Source of the DNA: Mobula hypostoma
Lineage: Eukaryota
DNA: 64,000 bases
NCBI RefSeq assembly: GCF_963921235.1
Contig: NC_086097.1
Location: 205,966,001 to 206,030,000 of the forward strand
Direction of reading: 5' to 3'
The notes under the pieces were generated by a model. That model did no database searches. It was not told the DNA's origin and saw only the letters and a list, made by a program, of their open reading frames with translations. This document shows positions 49,194 to 62,800 of the stretch, piece after piece; position 1 is the first letter of the stretch; every line of letters starts with the position of its first letter. The position numbers were made by a program, and so were the translations under genes.

Positions 49194-52100
49194 ATGGAAC
49201 AGTCCCTGAGACCAGAAAAATTAGACCTCAATCCGCAAACACCTGAAGCTGGAAACGCTTTCGAACTCTGGCTGGCCTGCTTCGAAGCGTATCTAGAGGA
49301 GATTAAAGCGACCGACCCTGTAGCGAAGTGCAGAGTTCTACTCTCCAGGGTCAGTCCACGGGTCTATTCGCTGATCAGAGACCAGCCGAGCTACGACGGC
49401 GCAATGAATGCACTCAAAAGACAATACCTGCGGCCGATAAACAGCGTCTATGCTCGGCACCATTTAGCGACACGGCAACAACGGTCCGGGGAATCGAGTG
49501 CTGAGTTCGTGCAGGCCCTACGGACGCTCGTGCGAGCCTGCAATTGTCAGGAGCTGACGGCGGCGCAGCATGCAGAGCTCCTAGTGAGAGACCCCTTCGT
49601 TACGGGGACCAGGTCAGTGTACGTGCGCCAGCGGCTGCTGGAAAAAGCCGATCTTACCCTAAGTTCGGCGATCGAGCTGGCTGATACGTTGGAGGCCGCT
49701 CTGCATAACTCCGAGGCTCTCCAGGCACGCGATCCCCCGATGGCCTCGTGGGTGCCGCAGGCCCCGCAACCTGCCGGCGAATCGACCTCGGCTGCCGCCA
49801 GTCGTGAGTCCGCGTAGTGCTACTTCTGCGGACTGGAGAAGCACCCCCAGAAACGCTGCCCGGCCCGACAAGCTACCCGCTCCAGCTGCGGAAAGAAGGG
49901 CCACTTCGCCAAGGTCTGTAAGTCAAAACCGCGAGCAGGATCGAGCAGCGCCGCGTGCAAGACGTGGGAGTCGCCATCTTGCCTTCCGCCATCTTCCCTG
50001 CACACCACCACCACGTGCGAGACATGGGGGCGGCCATCTTGGTCGGCGCCACCTCCCACTGCCTACGACCAACGGGTGCTCACAGGCCACCCCACCACGC
50101 TGGACCAAGACAGCAACCCCACTCTGGCTTCCGTGACCCTCGGCCAAAGCGCTCCCCACCAGCTTGCAAGGTCAATGATGGACATCCTGGTGGAGGGGCA
50201 CAGGACAAGCTGCCTGTTTGACACAGGCAGCACGGAGAGTTTTATCCACCCGGCCACGGCGCAACATTGTGGACTCATGATACGGCCGGTAAATCGGGGG
50301 GTCACCAAGGCCTCCAGGTCGCATACAACAGACATCCGGGGGGGGTTGTGTAGCGACGCTAGTGGTGCAGGGCACAGAATATCGGGACTTTAAGTTACTG
50401 GTCTTGCCTCAACTGTGTGCCCCTGTGCTGTTGGGGTTGGACTTCCAGAGCCACCTGAAAAGCGTGACAATGAAGTATGATGGGCCCCTCCCACCAATTG
50501 CTGTCATAAATCCCCAGTTTTGTAGAGATATGTCACGTACCCCGCTACTGACCACACACACACACCGACCCGCGCATCCCACCCAACATCATGCCAACTG
50601 CCACACTACCGACACCACTTGCGGCCTCTCCACCCTCAGGATCCCTCCCCCACCGCTGTTCGCCAACCTGACCCCCGACCGTAAACCTGTGGCAACTAAA
50701 AGCAGGAGGTACAGCGCGGGGGACAGAGCCTTCATTAAGTCGGAGGTGCAGCGGCTGCTCAGGGAGGGGGTCATTGAGGCAAACACAAGTCCTTGGAGGG
50801 CGCAGGTGGTCGTTGTTCGGAACAGGGAGAAGAATAGGATGGTCATGGACTATAGCCAGACCATCAATAGGTTCACGCAGCTCGACGCGTACCCTCTACC
50901 CCACATCGCGGATGTGGTCAATCAGGTAGCACAGTACAAGGTGTACTCGACCATAGATCTAAAATCCGCTTACCATCAGTTCCCCATCCGCCGGGAGGAC
51001 CACCCTTACACTGCCTTCGAGGCAGACGGCAGGCTTTATCAATTCCTGCGCGTCCCCTTTGGTGTCACGAATGGTGTATCTGTCTTCCAGAGGGCAATGG
51101 ACCGGATGGTGGACCAGTGCCAACTGAAGGCCATGTTCCTATATCTGGATAACATCACCATCTGCGGTCACGACCAGCAGGATCACGACAACAACCTCCA
51201 AAAATTTCTCCAAGCGGCCAAATCTTTCAAACTCACCTATAACAAGGACAAGTGTGTATTTGGGACCTCCCGACTTGCTATCCTTGGGTGTGTCGTGGAG
51301 AATGGAGTCATTGGCCCTGACCCCGACTGTATGCGCCCTTTGTTGGAACTCCCTCTTCCCAATACCCTCAGAGCCCTCAAAAGGTGCCTGGGCTTCTTTT
51401 CATATTACGCCCAATGGGTCTCTAACTATGCAGACATGGTCTGCCCCCTGGTCAAGTCCACCACATTCCCCCTCTCTGCCGAGGCCCACGCAGCCTTCAA
51501 CCGCATAAAAGGGGACATTGCCAAAGCAGCAATGCATGCGGTGGATGAGGCCATTCCCTTCCAAGTAGAGAGTGACGCCTCCGACTTTGCGCTGGCTGCT
51601 ACCCTCAACCAGGCGGGAAGACCGGTGGCGTTCTTCTCCCGTACTCTTCAAGGCCCTGAAATTCGGCAGTCTGCGGTAGAGAAAGAGGCCCAGGTCATAG
51701 TAGAAGCTATTAGGCACTAGAGGCACTATCTCGCCGGCAAAAGGTTCACCCTGCTAACTGACCAGCGCTCAGTCGCGTTCATGTTTAATAATCAGCAGCG
51801 GAGCAAAATCAAAAATGATAAAATTCTGAGGTGGAGAATCGAACTCTCCACCTACAACTATGACATCATGTACAGGCCTGGGAAGCTCAACGAGACCTCC
51901 GATGCCCTATCCCGGGGAACATGTGCCAGCACGCAGATCGACCGGCTATATGCCCTACATGTAGACCTTTGCCACCCGGGAGTCACCCGGCTTTTCCACT
52001 TCGTGAAAGCCCGGAACCTGCCTTACTCCCTTGAGGAGATCAGGATGATGACCAGGGACTGCCAAGTCTGCGCAGAGTGCAAACCGCACTTCTACCGACC

Positions 52101-53085
52101 CAAAAAGGCACCACTCATCAAGGCCACCCGCCCCTTTGAGCGACTGAGTGTTGTCTTTAAGGGCCCCCTTCCCTCCACTGACCGCAATGTGTACTTTCTT
52201 AACGTTATCGACGAGTACTTGCGGTTCCCCTTCGCCATCCCCTGCCCCGACACCACTACCACGTCAGTTATAAAAGCCCTGCGCAAGCTCTTCACTCTGT
52301 TCGGATACCCATGCTATATCCACAGTGACAGAGGGTCCTCGTTTATGAGTGACGAGCTGCGCCAATATCTACTGGCTAGGGGAATTGCAACCAGTAGGAC
52401 CACGAGCTATAATCCCCGGGGGAATGGACAGGTAGAGAAGGAGAATGGCACAGTGTGGAAAGCCACACTCTTAGCCCTCAGGTCAAAGGGACTGCCGGTC
52501 TCCCGCTGGCAGGAGGTCCTTCCCGAGGCACTCCACTCCATCCGCTCCCTGTTATGCACAGCCACCAATGCCACCCCTCATGAGCGGCTCTTTTCTTTTC
52601 CCAGAAAATCGACCACTGGAACCACCCTACCATCTTGGCTGACGTCCCCGGGGCTAGTGCTGCTCCGGAAACATGCGAGGAGCAACAAATACTCCCCGAT
52701 AGTCGAGAGGATTCACTTACTTCATGTGAACCCCCAGTATGCCTACGTGGTTTTACCTGATGGGCGGGAGGACACGGTCTCCATCCAGGACCTGGCGCCC
52801 GCAGGAGCTCCGGGCCCCTACCCTGAACACTCCGTGGTGACTATTGACCCCGTACCCACCAATGTATGTACCTACGAGACACCGTGCACCCCAAACCCTA
52901 TACAGACACCACACGACACTCCCATACCGGGCGCGACGCACACGCATGAGGGATTACCGACGCCTAACGTGCTGGCACCTGAAGTCAGGCCGGAGCCAGC
53001 ACAACCGCCATCACCGGTGCAATCACCGCTGGTGCTACGTAGATCACAGCGACGGACTCGACCGCCTGATAGACTTGACCTGTAA
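49194..53085 (+). pseudogene. Single gag-pol polyprotein broken by TAG at 49815-49817, a +1 G in the run at 50338-50345 and TAG at 51718-51720
   Basis: Two zinc knuckles CYFCGLEKHPQKRC and RSSCGKKGHFAKVC; protease LFDTGS; RT IDLKSAY, PFG, YLDN; RNase H SDAS..EKEA; integrase H..H..CQVC, VVFKGP (Asp to Val), SDRG, QVE. Confidence 0.93.
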
Positions 53086-53157
53086 ATATACTTCTTGTAA
53101 ATATTGTCAGTCACTTCACCCCACAGGACTCTTTTTAAAAAAAAAAGGAGGGGTGAA

Positions 53158-53386
53158 TGTGGTAAACCATGTATATATGTTGTAACTCGGTTACCTGTCT
53201 GGACACACTCCTCTGCTGACTGCCCCTGTGGCTCCTCCCACAGAGTCCTGTATAAAGGTGTTCGCCTTGCCCCTCCCCCTCAGTCTGGGGGCAGACACTC
53301 ACTGTGGAGGTCGTATTGTACAGCGAATGAAAGCCTTTCGGTATTTTACCAAACCTCAGTCTTTTGGAGTAATTGAAGGTGCTTCA
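53158..53386 (+). repeat. 3' LTR (229 bp)
   Basis: TGTGGTAAACC..GGTGCTTCA, preceded by the PPT. PolyA signal mutated to AATGAA. Confidence 0.95.
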
Positions 53387-54514
53387 GAGTTGTTGTAGGA
53401 ATCCATTTCAGTAATTAAGGCAGAGATTCATTTAATTGTGAGGTATTGTTGGTGCAGGCAACACAGATGAGCCTACAGAATAAGAGGAGAATAAGAGGCC
53501 CACCGAACTGGTTATTGGCATCTCATGTTAGTAGTAACTGTTATAATATGAAGCTGGTCACAGATAGCACTGGGAATCTTTATATTGCATGCTCCTTCTG
53601 AAAACCATCTCTCAGTCAGGGAATCCCTGAGGGGTGAGGCTACAGACAAAGAGCTGGGACATATCCTTGCTGTGTCATTTTCTTTCTACTTCTCTCCAGC
53701 GTCTGCTTCATGGCCCTCAGGCTCTGTGGCTCTTCCTCTGGCAAGGTCATACAGCAGGTGGCAGAGGATGATGAAGTCCTCATGTGTGCTGCAGAGTGTC
53801 CCAGGACAACAACCTCAAAACCTAAAGTTGACCATTAATGTTGCCACTATGACCCAGACTGTGTGGCTTCTGTTGTACTAGTGATCATCTGCTCTTGCTT
53901 GAGAACACACTTGCTTAAGGAGCCAAGGAAGTAAAATGTCTTCTATGATACATTGAACTAGAAGGGACAGTCGATGAAATTGACCTTAGAATGAAGAACT
54001 AGTGTGTGCTTTCTGGAATCTTGGTACACACTACAAGGAGTTTCTTACATTAGAAGGGCACAAAGCCCTTTTGGACACCTGCGTGCATTCAATGGTTCCC
54101 TGCACTTATGGAAAAGCAGAACTGCAATGTCCGAGATGTAGTCTGTCCCTCTTGGAAGTCAAAGCAGATGACATCGCTTCTTTACAGAGGTATGCCTGGG
54201 TGAGCAGCATACTGGTAGACATGACTGAAATCTGGTGCAGCAACATGAAAGGAACCTACAGCTAACAGATAAAAGTCAGCATTACCTCCACAAAGAGGGG
54301 AGACTGAGCATGCGAGTGTGGCTAAAAGACAATGATGGTAGCCTTAGAAAACCTGAGCCTGTTTGAGAGGTCCATTTAGGATGAGTCTCTGAAAGTAATG
54401 CAATATTACTGGGCATATAAATTATTTCAATTCTTGCCCTGAGTGTCTGGTGTCCCTGAGGCTTCAGAAGTGATCAGCCATAGCTATAGAAACACTTCTG
54501 TTAAAAGATGTTGT

Positions 54515-55840
54515 CATCAAGTCAAGCCAAATTGATTTTGCTGGTTTTGTGCATAAGTAGGACAAGCTATATGTACAATGATAAACTTACTCTCAGCAGA
54601 AGCACAGACATGTAGATTCAGTCAACACACATAACTAAATCATACAAGACACTGAATAAAAAAAAGACATCGCAAAACAAAACATTCATGCAAAAAAAAA
54701 TATTGTATCGAACGAAGTGGTCTGCAGTGTTCTGTTACTGAGGATTAGGGCTGTGCAGGCCAAGTCAAGAACCTGATGGCTGTAGGAAAGTGGCTTTCAC
54801 TGAACCTGGTAGTATAGGACATCAGGCTTCTGTAACTCCTGCTTGACAACGGTAGTGAAAAGAGTCCATGACCTAACAGTGGGGATGCTTGACAATAGAT
54901 ACCACTTCTTGCGGCAATGCCTCGTGTAGATGCTGTCAATGTGTGGGGAACACTGTGTCCACGACAGACTGGCTGTATCCACTACTCTCTGTACTATCTT
55001 GCAGTTCTATGCATTGGAATTGCTGTACCAGGTCATGATGCAATCGTGGTCTGATACATCATGGACTGGTACAGCCATTCTAATGCACAGAACAGTTTTC
55101 AATGGTGCATTTGTAGAAAGTTGCTAGAGTATTTGATGGCATACAAAATCTCCTTAAGCTTCTGAGAGTGTAGAGGCAGTGGCTCCCTTTCTTTGTGACT
55201 GGATAGAGTCATGCAACATAGAAATGGGCCTTTAGGCCCAACTGGCTCATGACCACCAAGATTCCCATTTAAGTTAGTTCCATTTGCCCATGTTTAGCCT
55301 ATATTGCTCTAATCCTTTCTTATCCATATATCCGTCCAAGTACTTTTTGAATATTGTTAATGTACCTGCTTCAACCTCTTTCTCTGGCAGCTAATTCCAT
55401 TTACAAACGTACTTGGGTTCCCACTAAATCTTTACCGTCTCACCATAAACCTATGCCTTCCAGTTCTTAGAAAAAGAACTGATCCTACCTATGTCCTTCA
55501 AGATTTTAAAGACTTCTCTATAAGATCCATTCATTATTCTCGCATGTTCCAGTGAAAACAGGCCCAATCTGATTAAACTCTCTCTATAACTCAGTCCCCT
55601 GAGTCCTGGCAACATGCTTATAAATCTCCTTTGAACTTTTTCCAGTTTAACAGTATCTTTTCTAGTGCAAGACGAACACAGTATTTCAAATGCGGCCTCA
55701 CCAACATCTTTTACAATCACGTCCTAGTTAATCTGAGACGTTAATGCCCAGGAATTTGAAGCTGCTTACTCTCCCTACTTTTGACCCACCAATGAGCATA
55801 GTGATATGGTCTTCTGACTTCCCATTTCTGAAGTCAGCAT
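54515..55840 (-). mobile_element. Rex1 3' part interrupted by a CR1 3' fragment (about 55203-55720)
   Basis: Rex1 remnant SYRSL..TTRFSESHFPTAIRFL. CR1 remnant LEKVQRRFISMLPGLRGLSYRE. Confidence 0.72.
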
Positions 55841-58639
55841 ATCTTCAGGTGACCTTTAACACTTTCCATCATGATCCTTGTACATGGTGTGGCTCTTGTT
55901 GTTCTCCCTGCACTGATTGCTGTGATTATTGTCAGGCACATTGGGTTAGTTGCCTATATTAAGTGGAATGAGAATTCCAGCAGGTAAATATTGCAGTCAT
56001 GCTGCTTTTTAGCCCTTTAAAAGGTGTGTGGGCAGTCTGCAGTCAAGTTTGGAAATGTCTTTTAATGCTAGACATGTCTCCTTAAATGTATGATAAAAGC
56101 AACAGGCTTCTAAGACATGCTTCTGGCAGCCTTTGTGTGCAGCTCCTTGTTCAGTGGGAACTCCCATTATGGAAAAAAAGGAAATTTAGTATGTAGGAAA
56201 GCGACAGGTATGCTCATGAAAATAACACACAGAATTGCTCGGCTCAATTTCCTATCCAGCATGATTTCACTTAGAAATGATATTCCCCCCACCCCAGAAA
56301 AAAACAGAGTCTTGATCATGTTAAACAAAATTTGAATGTTAGGTAATCCGGTTTGAAAGCTTTTGTTTACATAAAAGTCAACATAGATCAATAACAGACT
56401 GTAATGTTGGTGTGTATATGCCTGAGTTCCTCAAAATTACCTTGGGAATCATGGAAAGATTTCATAATTTTATTTTTTAATTGCTCACCTCTAATAAGTA
56501 TTAAGCAGGTGTAGTTTGTGATCCTTAGTCATTTTAATGGTTCAAAAATTATTCATGATACATATTTCATTTTCTTAAATCATCTTTTACATTACGGCTC
56601 TATTCAAAGTTGAATTACATGATAGTAATGATTAAAAATGCAGTTTAATTTTGGAATTAAATTAAATGCTTGAAAAATCCCTTTGAAAAATGTTCTTTTC
56701 AGACCTACAAACAAATAGAGAAGCTTGATCTTCATCAAAAAGAAGTGAAAATCACTTCCCATTATATTATGGAACTAACTGCTTAGGGCTGACATTATGT
56801 GCTCAGGCAATATGTGGTACCAAACTAATTCTAAGGAACAGGATTATCCTACACTTACGATTTAGGGATTAACTGAAGCTGCTCAGTAGCATTTTCAGGA
56901 GTACCTGTCTGACTAGTTTATTTTCCCTTTAGTAGTATTGTCTTTATATTACTATATGTTACATGTTTAAGATAAAGCGTATGGCAGAGTGACATGATGT
57001 CTTTAATTCCAAATTAACATGTTTAACAGGTCACTTCTAATGGAAGCCATTGGGGCTGATTTTAGCTCCTAATGTAAATATGGTGAAAATTGATTGCAAT
57101 CATCCATAAGGGTCCTTGTTGAAGCCACAAGCTACTGGGCCCCAAATGAAAGATGCCATTGAATGGAAAGAGGCAGCTCACTTGCTGGGAAAGGCAAAGG
57201 TTATGAGATTCAGACTCTATTCACCACAAGTAAAAGCTGTGCTCAGCAAGGTATGTGGGAGAAGGAGAGAGAGAGGGACAAACATGCTATATGTGTCTTA
57301 GGGCTGTGTCTGTAGAGGAGACTATATCAACATAATTGCAATAAGGAAATAGTAAGGATAGAGCAGGTGAGCGATCTCCTTCATTGTAACTACCATCCTG
57401 TTCCTTACCCGGCAATTAGGGCATTGGTGTCTGAATGACTCTGTATTACAAATAAATATAAAATTCTGAAGGAATTATATTTATTGGATATGGAGAGTAT
57501 GTTTCATCTTCTGGGAGAGCCCAGAACTAGAGGTAATTTCAAAAATAAGAGATTGTTCACTTGACATAGAGATGAGGTGAAATATTTTCTCCCAAAATTT
57601 TCGGAACTTTCTTCCCTGAGAGGGAATTAGAGTCAAAAGGATTAAAGGCATTAGCAAGAGGATGAAAGGTATCTGGGATGGACAGGAATTTGGAACTGAA
57701 TCAGCCATAATCTAATTGAATGACAGAGCAAGACTGATAAGCCAAGTGTCCTACTTATTCATATGATAGCATGTGTATCGAGTAGTGTGCTTAAGAGGCA
57801 TCTGGTTATGGGCAATGCCGTACACTTGAGGTATTGAGACATTGACAGTGGTGTACATTTGAGACACTAACAATGCCAACATTGTCCAGTACTATACAGT
57901 ACACGACGGATGTTGCTTTGTAATTTCCAATAAAGTGTCTTAGTTTACAGATAGTATGGGCTATTCACAGAATAGCAAGTTCTCATGAACTATTTCAAGG
58001 AAATCAAAGTGTTTGGTTATGCAAGGCCTGATTCATTGTTAGGAAGTTCTCTTCCAATTAAATCTTTTCCCATCATGGTGAATCTCCCTCTGAGTCCTGG
58101 GATAAAATCCCAAACACTGCAAATTGGCTGCCTTTTCTGGTCTTCAGTGTCCCAGCAAAAGTGAATTTAACCAGAATTTGTAGCAGATGTTTATATAAAA
58201 GTAAATTTGAATATTCAATACAAAACAATGGCATAAAATATGTGTATGAAGTCTGACCTAAATGGCAACTCAACAGCATTAAATCAATGATAGTCTAATA
58301 ACTGTCCTTGTTTTTGTGTATAGTTCTTTGGCAGATCGATTTGGATCCTGCTGAACCTAAACTGTCACCTGCATTTGGTATTTAGACTTTCCCCATCTCT
58401 GTCCTAATATTTGCTTCTTCACACTTCCAACCATCCAACATTTGGAATCTACCCCAGATCTCTGTCTGGGATCTGAGCTTTAGTTCCTTTTTGATTTCTG
58501 CATTGCATTATGCAAGCACAGAATTCAGAAATCAGATGTTCCATGCACTGCAATCAGCTAGTGATTCCAGGCAGATCAGTGGCTATAATCAGTATTTTCT
58601 ATTCTATCATCTAATGACTTGTAATATTTAGACCATTAA

Positions 58640-59842
58640 TTCATAGAAACATAGAAAACCTAGAGCACAATACAGGCCCTTCAGCCCACAATGCTGTGCT
58701 GAACATATACTTACTTTAGAAATAACCTAGGGTTACCAATAGCCCTCTATTTTTCTAAGCTCCATGTACCTATCCAGGAGTCTCTTAAAAGACCATATTG
58801 CATCCGCTTCCAACACAGTCACCAGCAGCCCATTCCACGCACTCACCATTCTCTGCGTAAAAAAGCTTACCCCTGACATCTCTTCTGTACTTACTCCAAG
58901 CACCATAAAACTGTGCCCTCTCATGATAGCCATTTCAGCCCTGGGAAAAAGCCTCTGACTATCCACATGATCAATGCCTCTCATCATCTTATACAACTCT
59001 ATCAGGTCACCTCTCATCCTCCGACGTTCCAAGGAGAAAAGGCCAAGTTCAGTCAACCTATTCTCATAAGGCATGCTCCCCAATCCAGGCAACATCCTTG
59101 TAAATCTCCTCTGCACCCTATCTATAGTTGCCACATCCTTCCTGTAGTGAGGTGACCAGAACTGAGCACAGTACTCCAAGTGGGGTCTGACTTGGGTCCT
59201 ATATAGCTGTAACATTACCTCTCGACTCTTGACTCCCACAGTTGATGAAGGCCAATGCACCGTATGCCTTTTTAATCACAGAGTCAACTTTGACTTTAAT
59301 CACAGCTTTGACTGTCCTATGGACTCGGACCCCAAGATCCCTCTGGCCCTCCACACTGCCAAGAGTTTTACCATTAATACTATATACTGCCATCATATTT
59401 GACCTACCAAAATGAACCACCTCACACTTATCTGGATTGAACTCCATCTGCCACTTCTCAGCCCAGTTTTGCATCCTATCGATGCCACACTGTAACCTCT
59501 GATAGCCATCCACACTATCCACAACACCCCTAAACTTTGTGTCATCGGCAAATTTACTAACCCATCCCTTCACTTCCTCATCCAGGTCATTTATAAAAAT
59601 CAGGAAGAGAAGGGGACCCAGAACCGATCCCTGAGGCACACCACTTGTCACCAACCTACAACCACTCTTTGCCTTCTGTGGGCAAGCCAATTCTGGATCC
59701 ACAAAGCAAGGTCCCCTTGGATCCCATGCCTCCTTCCTTTCTTAATAAGCCTTGCATGGGGTACCTTATCAAATGCCTTGCTGAAATCCATATACACTAA
59801 GTCTACTATTCTACCTTCATCAATGTGCTTATTCACATCATC
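58640..59842 (-). mobile_element. CR1 3' half
   Basis: [43 protein letters not shown]. Tail (TTTCTATG)2. Confidence 0.93.
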
Positions 59843-61937
59843 GAATATTCCTGTCTATTTTCTCCCATAAATATGATTGTTTATTGTGTGTGATCCCAAG
59901 GTGCTAGCCATCTATCCAAGTATATTTTCTTCAGATATGACCTTGGATTATAAAAGTCTATGGAAAGATTATAGGATTATGAAAGTCGAGGCTGATTTTG
60001 TCTTCCCTGATGCTCCCACATAAATACATTTTCTAGCAGAGTCAATGTACTGGAACAAGAATCCTGACTGATTTTTTTTACTTCCATGGTCCAATAACTC
60101 TGAGGCCAATGTACTCTGCTTCAACTGCTGCCCTGACATAACTTCAATGTCACCTCATTGTTGGAGCTGATATTATTATTCCAGTCTGTTGAAACTGAAG
60201 TCTTATTTGACAAAACCCAACCTGTTGCCTCTACTCACCCAAATGGAACGTGTCTGGATTCCAGACTGACCAAGTCTGAAACAGAATGAAGGTTTCCACT
60301 TTCCAAGCCAAAACCGTGAATACAATGAGCATATACTTTGATGTGAACAAACACTGAATTTCCTACTAACACATAGCAAGGAAATGAACTTGACACTAAG
60401 CAAATGTTTTCCTTTTCAGTCTGAATAGCTCTATGTGAATGAAAGTGAGTAAAGAAGTCAAAGATGTGCACACATACTTTCCTGTGCAGTGGCATTTTCA
60501 GTTATCTGCACATTCATGTCAGTAACCATGGAACTGAACAGGTCAGACTATCTATTCAGTTCATTGATTTAAAAACAAAAGCAGTGTAAAAACCTTTCAT
60601 CTACAAGCATGTCTGCATTTTAGATGGAAGCTCACAGTCAGAGCACAGCTAACCACTCTTAATGTTCGCAATTAATAAAATAAAACTTACAAATTAACAA
60701 AAACAACTCCTACATTTTTTATCACAATTAATGATCTGTGCAACAAGCATCTTAAGTTAGTTATATGGGCAAATCATTTTATGTGGTACATTGCCCTTAT
60801 GTTTCAATGCCCCGTGGTCTCTCAAGAATAAATAAGCTATATCATAAATATAGCTTTCAGAATGCACCACGACCCAAGAGCAAAAGTATAAATGTATTGG
60901 ATAATTAAACTAAATATGCCTTCTCAGTGTTTCTTATTGGAAAACACTATTTTCCTGGCTACCTCTCCCTCCTCTCATATAATCTTCCCCTTTTCTCTGT
61001 AAGGAACTCGATGGAAACTGTTGATGATACTGAACTGGCAAAGGCAAGAAAACAGTGTAAAATTAGAGTTGGATAAAATAATTATGTAGTCTGATCAATG
61101 GAAAGTGAAATTTAATCAAGATAATGTACTAAGCATAAATTGGAAAGATAACAAAATGTACTTCCTGGTAGTGCTGCATTGTGTATCAGAAGGAGAAATC
61201 AGAGAAAAATATATTTGAATGTGCACTGACAGACTGAGCAATACACAGATATAATCATTTGCGTCATTAAAATAGTAAGATATTTCAAGACACTTCACAA
61301 GAGCATTAGGAAATATTTGGCATTGAGCCATCTATGAAAATATTAGGACAACATTTACATGATCAAATTTAAGAAATGTTTTAAAGAACAGGAAATACAA
61401 CCAAAAGGTTGCTGGAAACACTTAGCAGTTTGGGAAGCAATTTTAAATTAAGCAAATTAGGTTTTAAATTGCAAAGAATGAGAATGGGGTGGAGAGAACA
61501 AAGGGGATGTATGGATGATGGTGCTTATCTCTTTACAACTGCTGCTTGACTTTCAGTGTATTCATAGCATTTCCAATTATTGCTCAGATTAGATCAACCA
61601 CTGTTGCTTGCTTTTCATGAAAGGACAAGCAAGTGCTAAGGTGGTGGAAAGGTTCAGGAGTGGGAATCTATTAACCAGTGACTGAATGTAAAGCAGTTAT
61701 TGGCAGAAAACCAGATCAAAGATTTTCACGTGTAAAGGCATGGGGAGAAAGTGACAGGGATAGTGGGGGAGAGGGAATGGAAGGATTTAAAAGCAAGGAT
61801 TGTGGCCCTAAATTTGAAGCATTGCCAGGCTAGAATCCATTGTTGGATAGAGAAGCTGATGGAGGAACAGGGCAGGGGAAGTTTGTAAGTTAAGACTCAA
61901 ACAGCAGAGTTCAGGTTTATGAAAAATGCATAATAAT

Positions 61938-62800
61938 AGAATCATAAGTATTTGAAACATAGAACTGTACAGCACAGGAACAGTCCTTTACAGTCCACCA
62001 TATCCCTGTCAACCATTATGCCTATCAACACCAGTGCAATTTCTCCAATTTAGGCCTGTAATGCTCTACTCTTTTCCTATCCAGATACCTGTTCAAATGT
62101 TTTTTAAACATTGTAATTGTGCCAGCAATCAGTGATAGGGATTTAAATCCCATTGCTGTCAATAAGGAGTTTGTATATTCTCCCTGTGACCATGTGGGTT
62201 TGCTTAGGGTGCTCTGGTTTCCTCCCACATTCCAAAGGTGTACAGATTAGGGTTAATAAGTTGTGGGGCATGTTATTTTGACACCAGAAAAGTGGCAACC
62301 CTTGCGGGCTGCCGCTAGCTCAATCCTCGAACTGTGTTAGTCATTGATGCAAAGTGATGGATTTCACTATATGTTTTAGTGTTTTAATATATATGTGACA
62401 AATAAAGCCAATCTTACCTCCTCTGATTGTTCATTCTAAATATTTGCCACCCTATATATGAAAAGCTTGACCCACAGATCTCTCATCTTAACTCCATGCA
62501 ATCTATTTTAAGACTTCTCTGCACTGGGGGAAAAATCCCGAATATCTATCCTAGCTTTGCCCCTCATACTTTGTAAATTTCACAAAGTCACCCCTCTGCC
62601 TCCTACTTTTCAGTGAGAATAAACCCAACCTGTCAAATTTCTCCATACAACCCTCCAGACAGCACCCTGCTGGATGTCTATATTGCCACAACATCCTTCC
62701 TGCAGTTTGCTAACAAGAATTGTACACAATATTCTAATCAATGTTTTGTAGAACCGCAATGTGATGCTTCAACTCTTACACTCAATGCTTTGGCCTATTC
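61938..62800 (-). mobile_element. Decayed CR1 3' end containing a V-SINE insertion
   Basis: FKKHLNRYLD remnant and CATAGAACTGTACAGCACAG terminus on plus. Confidence 0.6.
62121..62418 (+). mobile_element. V-SINE with non-CR1 (Rex1-like) tail
   Basis: V-domain GGAGTTTGTATATTCTCCCTGTGACCATGTGGGTTT..GGTTTCCTCCCACATTCCAAAG. Tail TTTCACT..ATGTGACAAATAAAGC. Confidence 0.75.

Larger units (their letters stand above)
48750..53386 (+). mobile_element. Structurally complete Ty3/Gypsy LTR retrotransposon, Mag-like, inactivated
   Basis: TG..CA LTRs. 5-bp TSD GAGTT at 48745-48749 and 53387-53391. Domain order gag-PR-RT-RH-IN. PPT at 53137-53157. Confidence 0.96.

Noticed and set aside
49815..49817. Programmed stop read-through between gag and pol
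   Set aside because: The TAG lies before the zinc knuckles, inside gag, and the element has other lesions, so a point mutation is more likely.
61385..61590. Very old Penelope-like palindrome
   Set aside because: Too decayed to define arms or boundaries.
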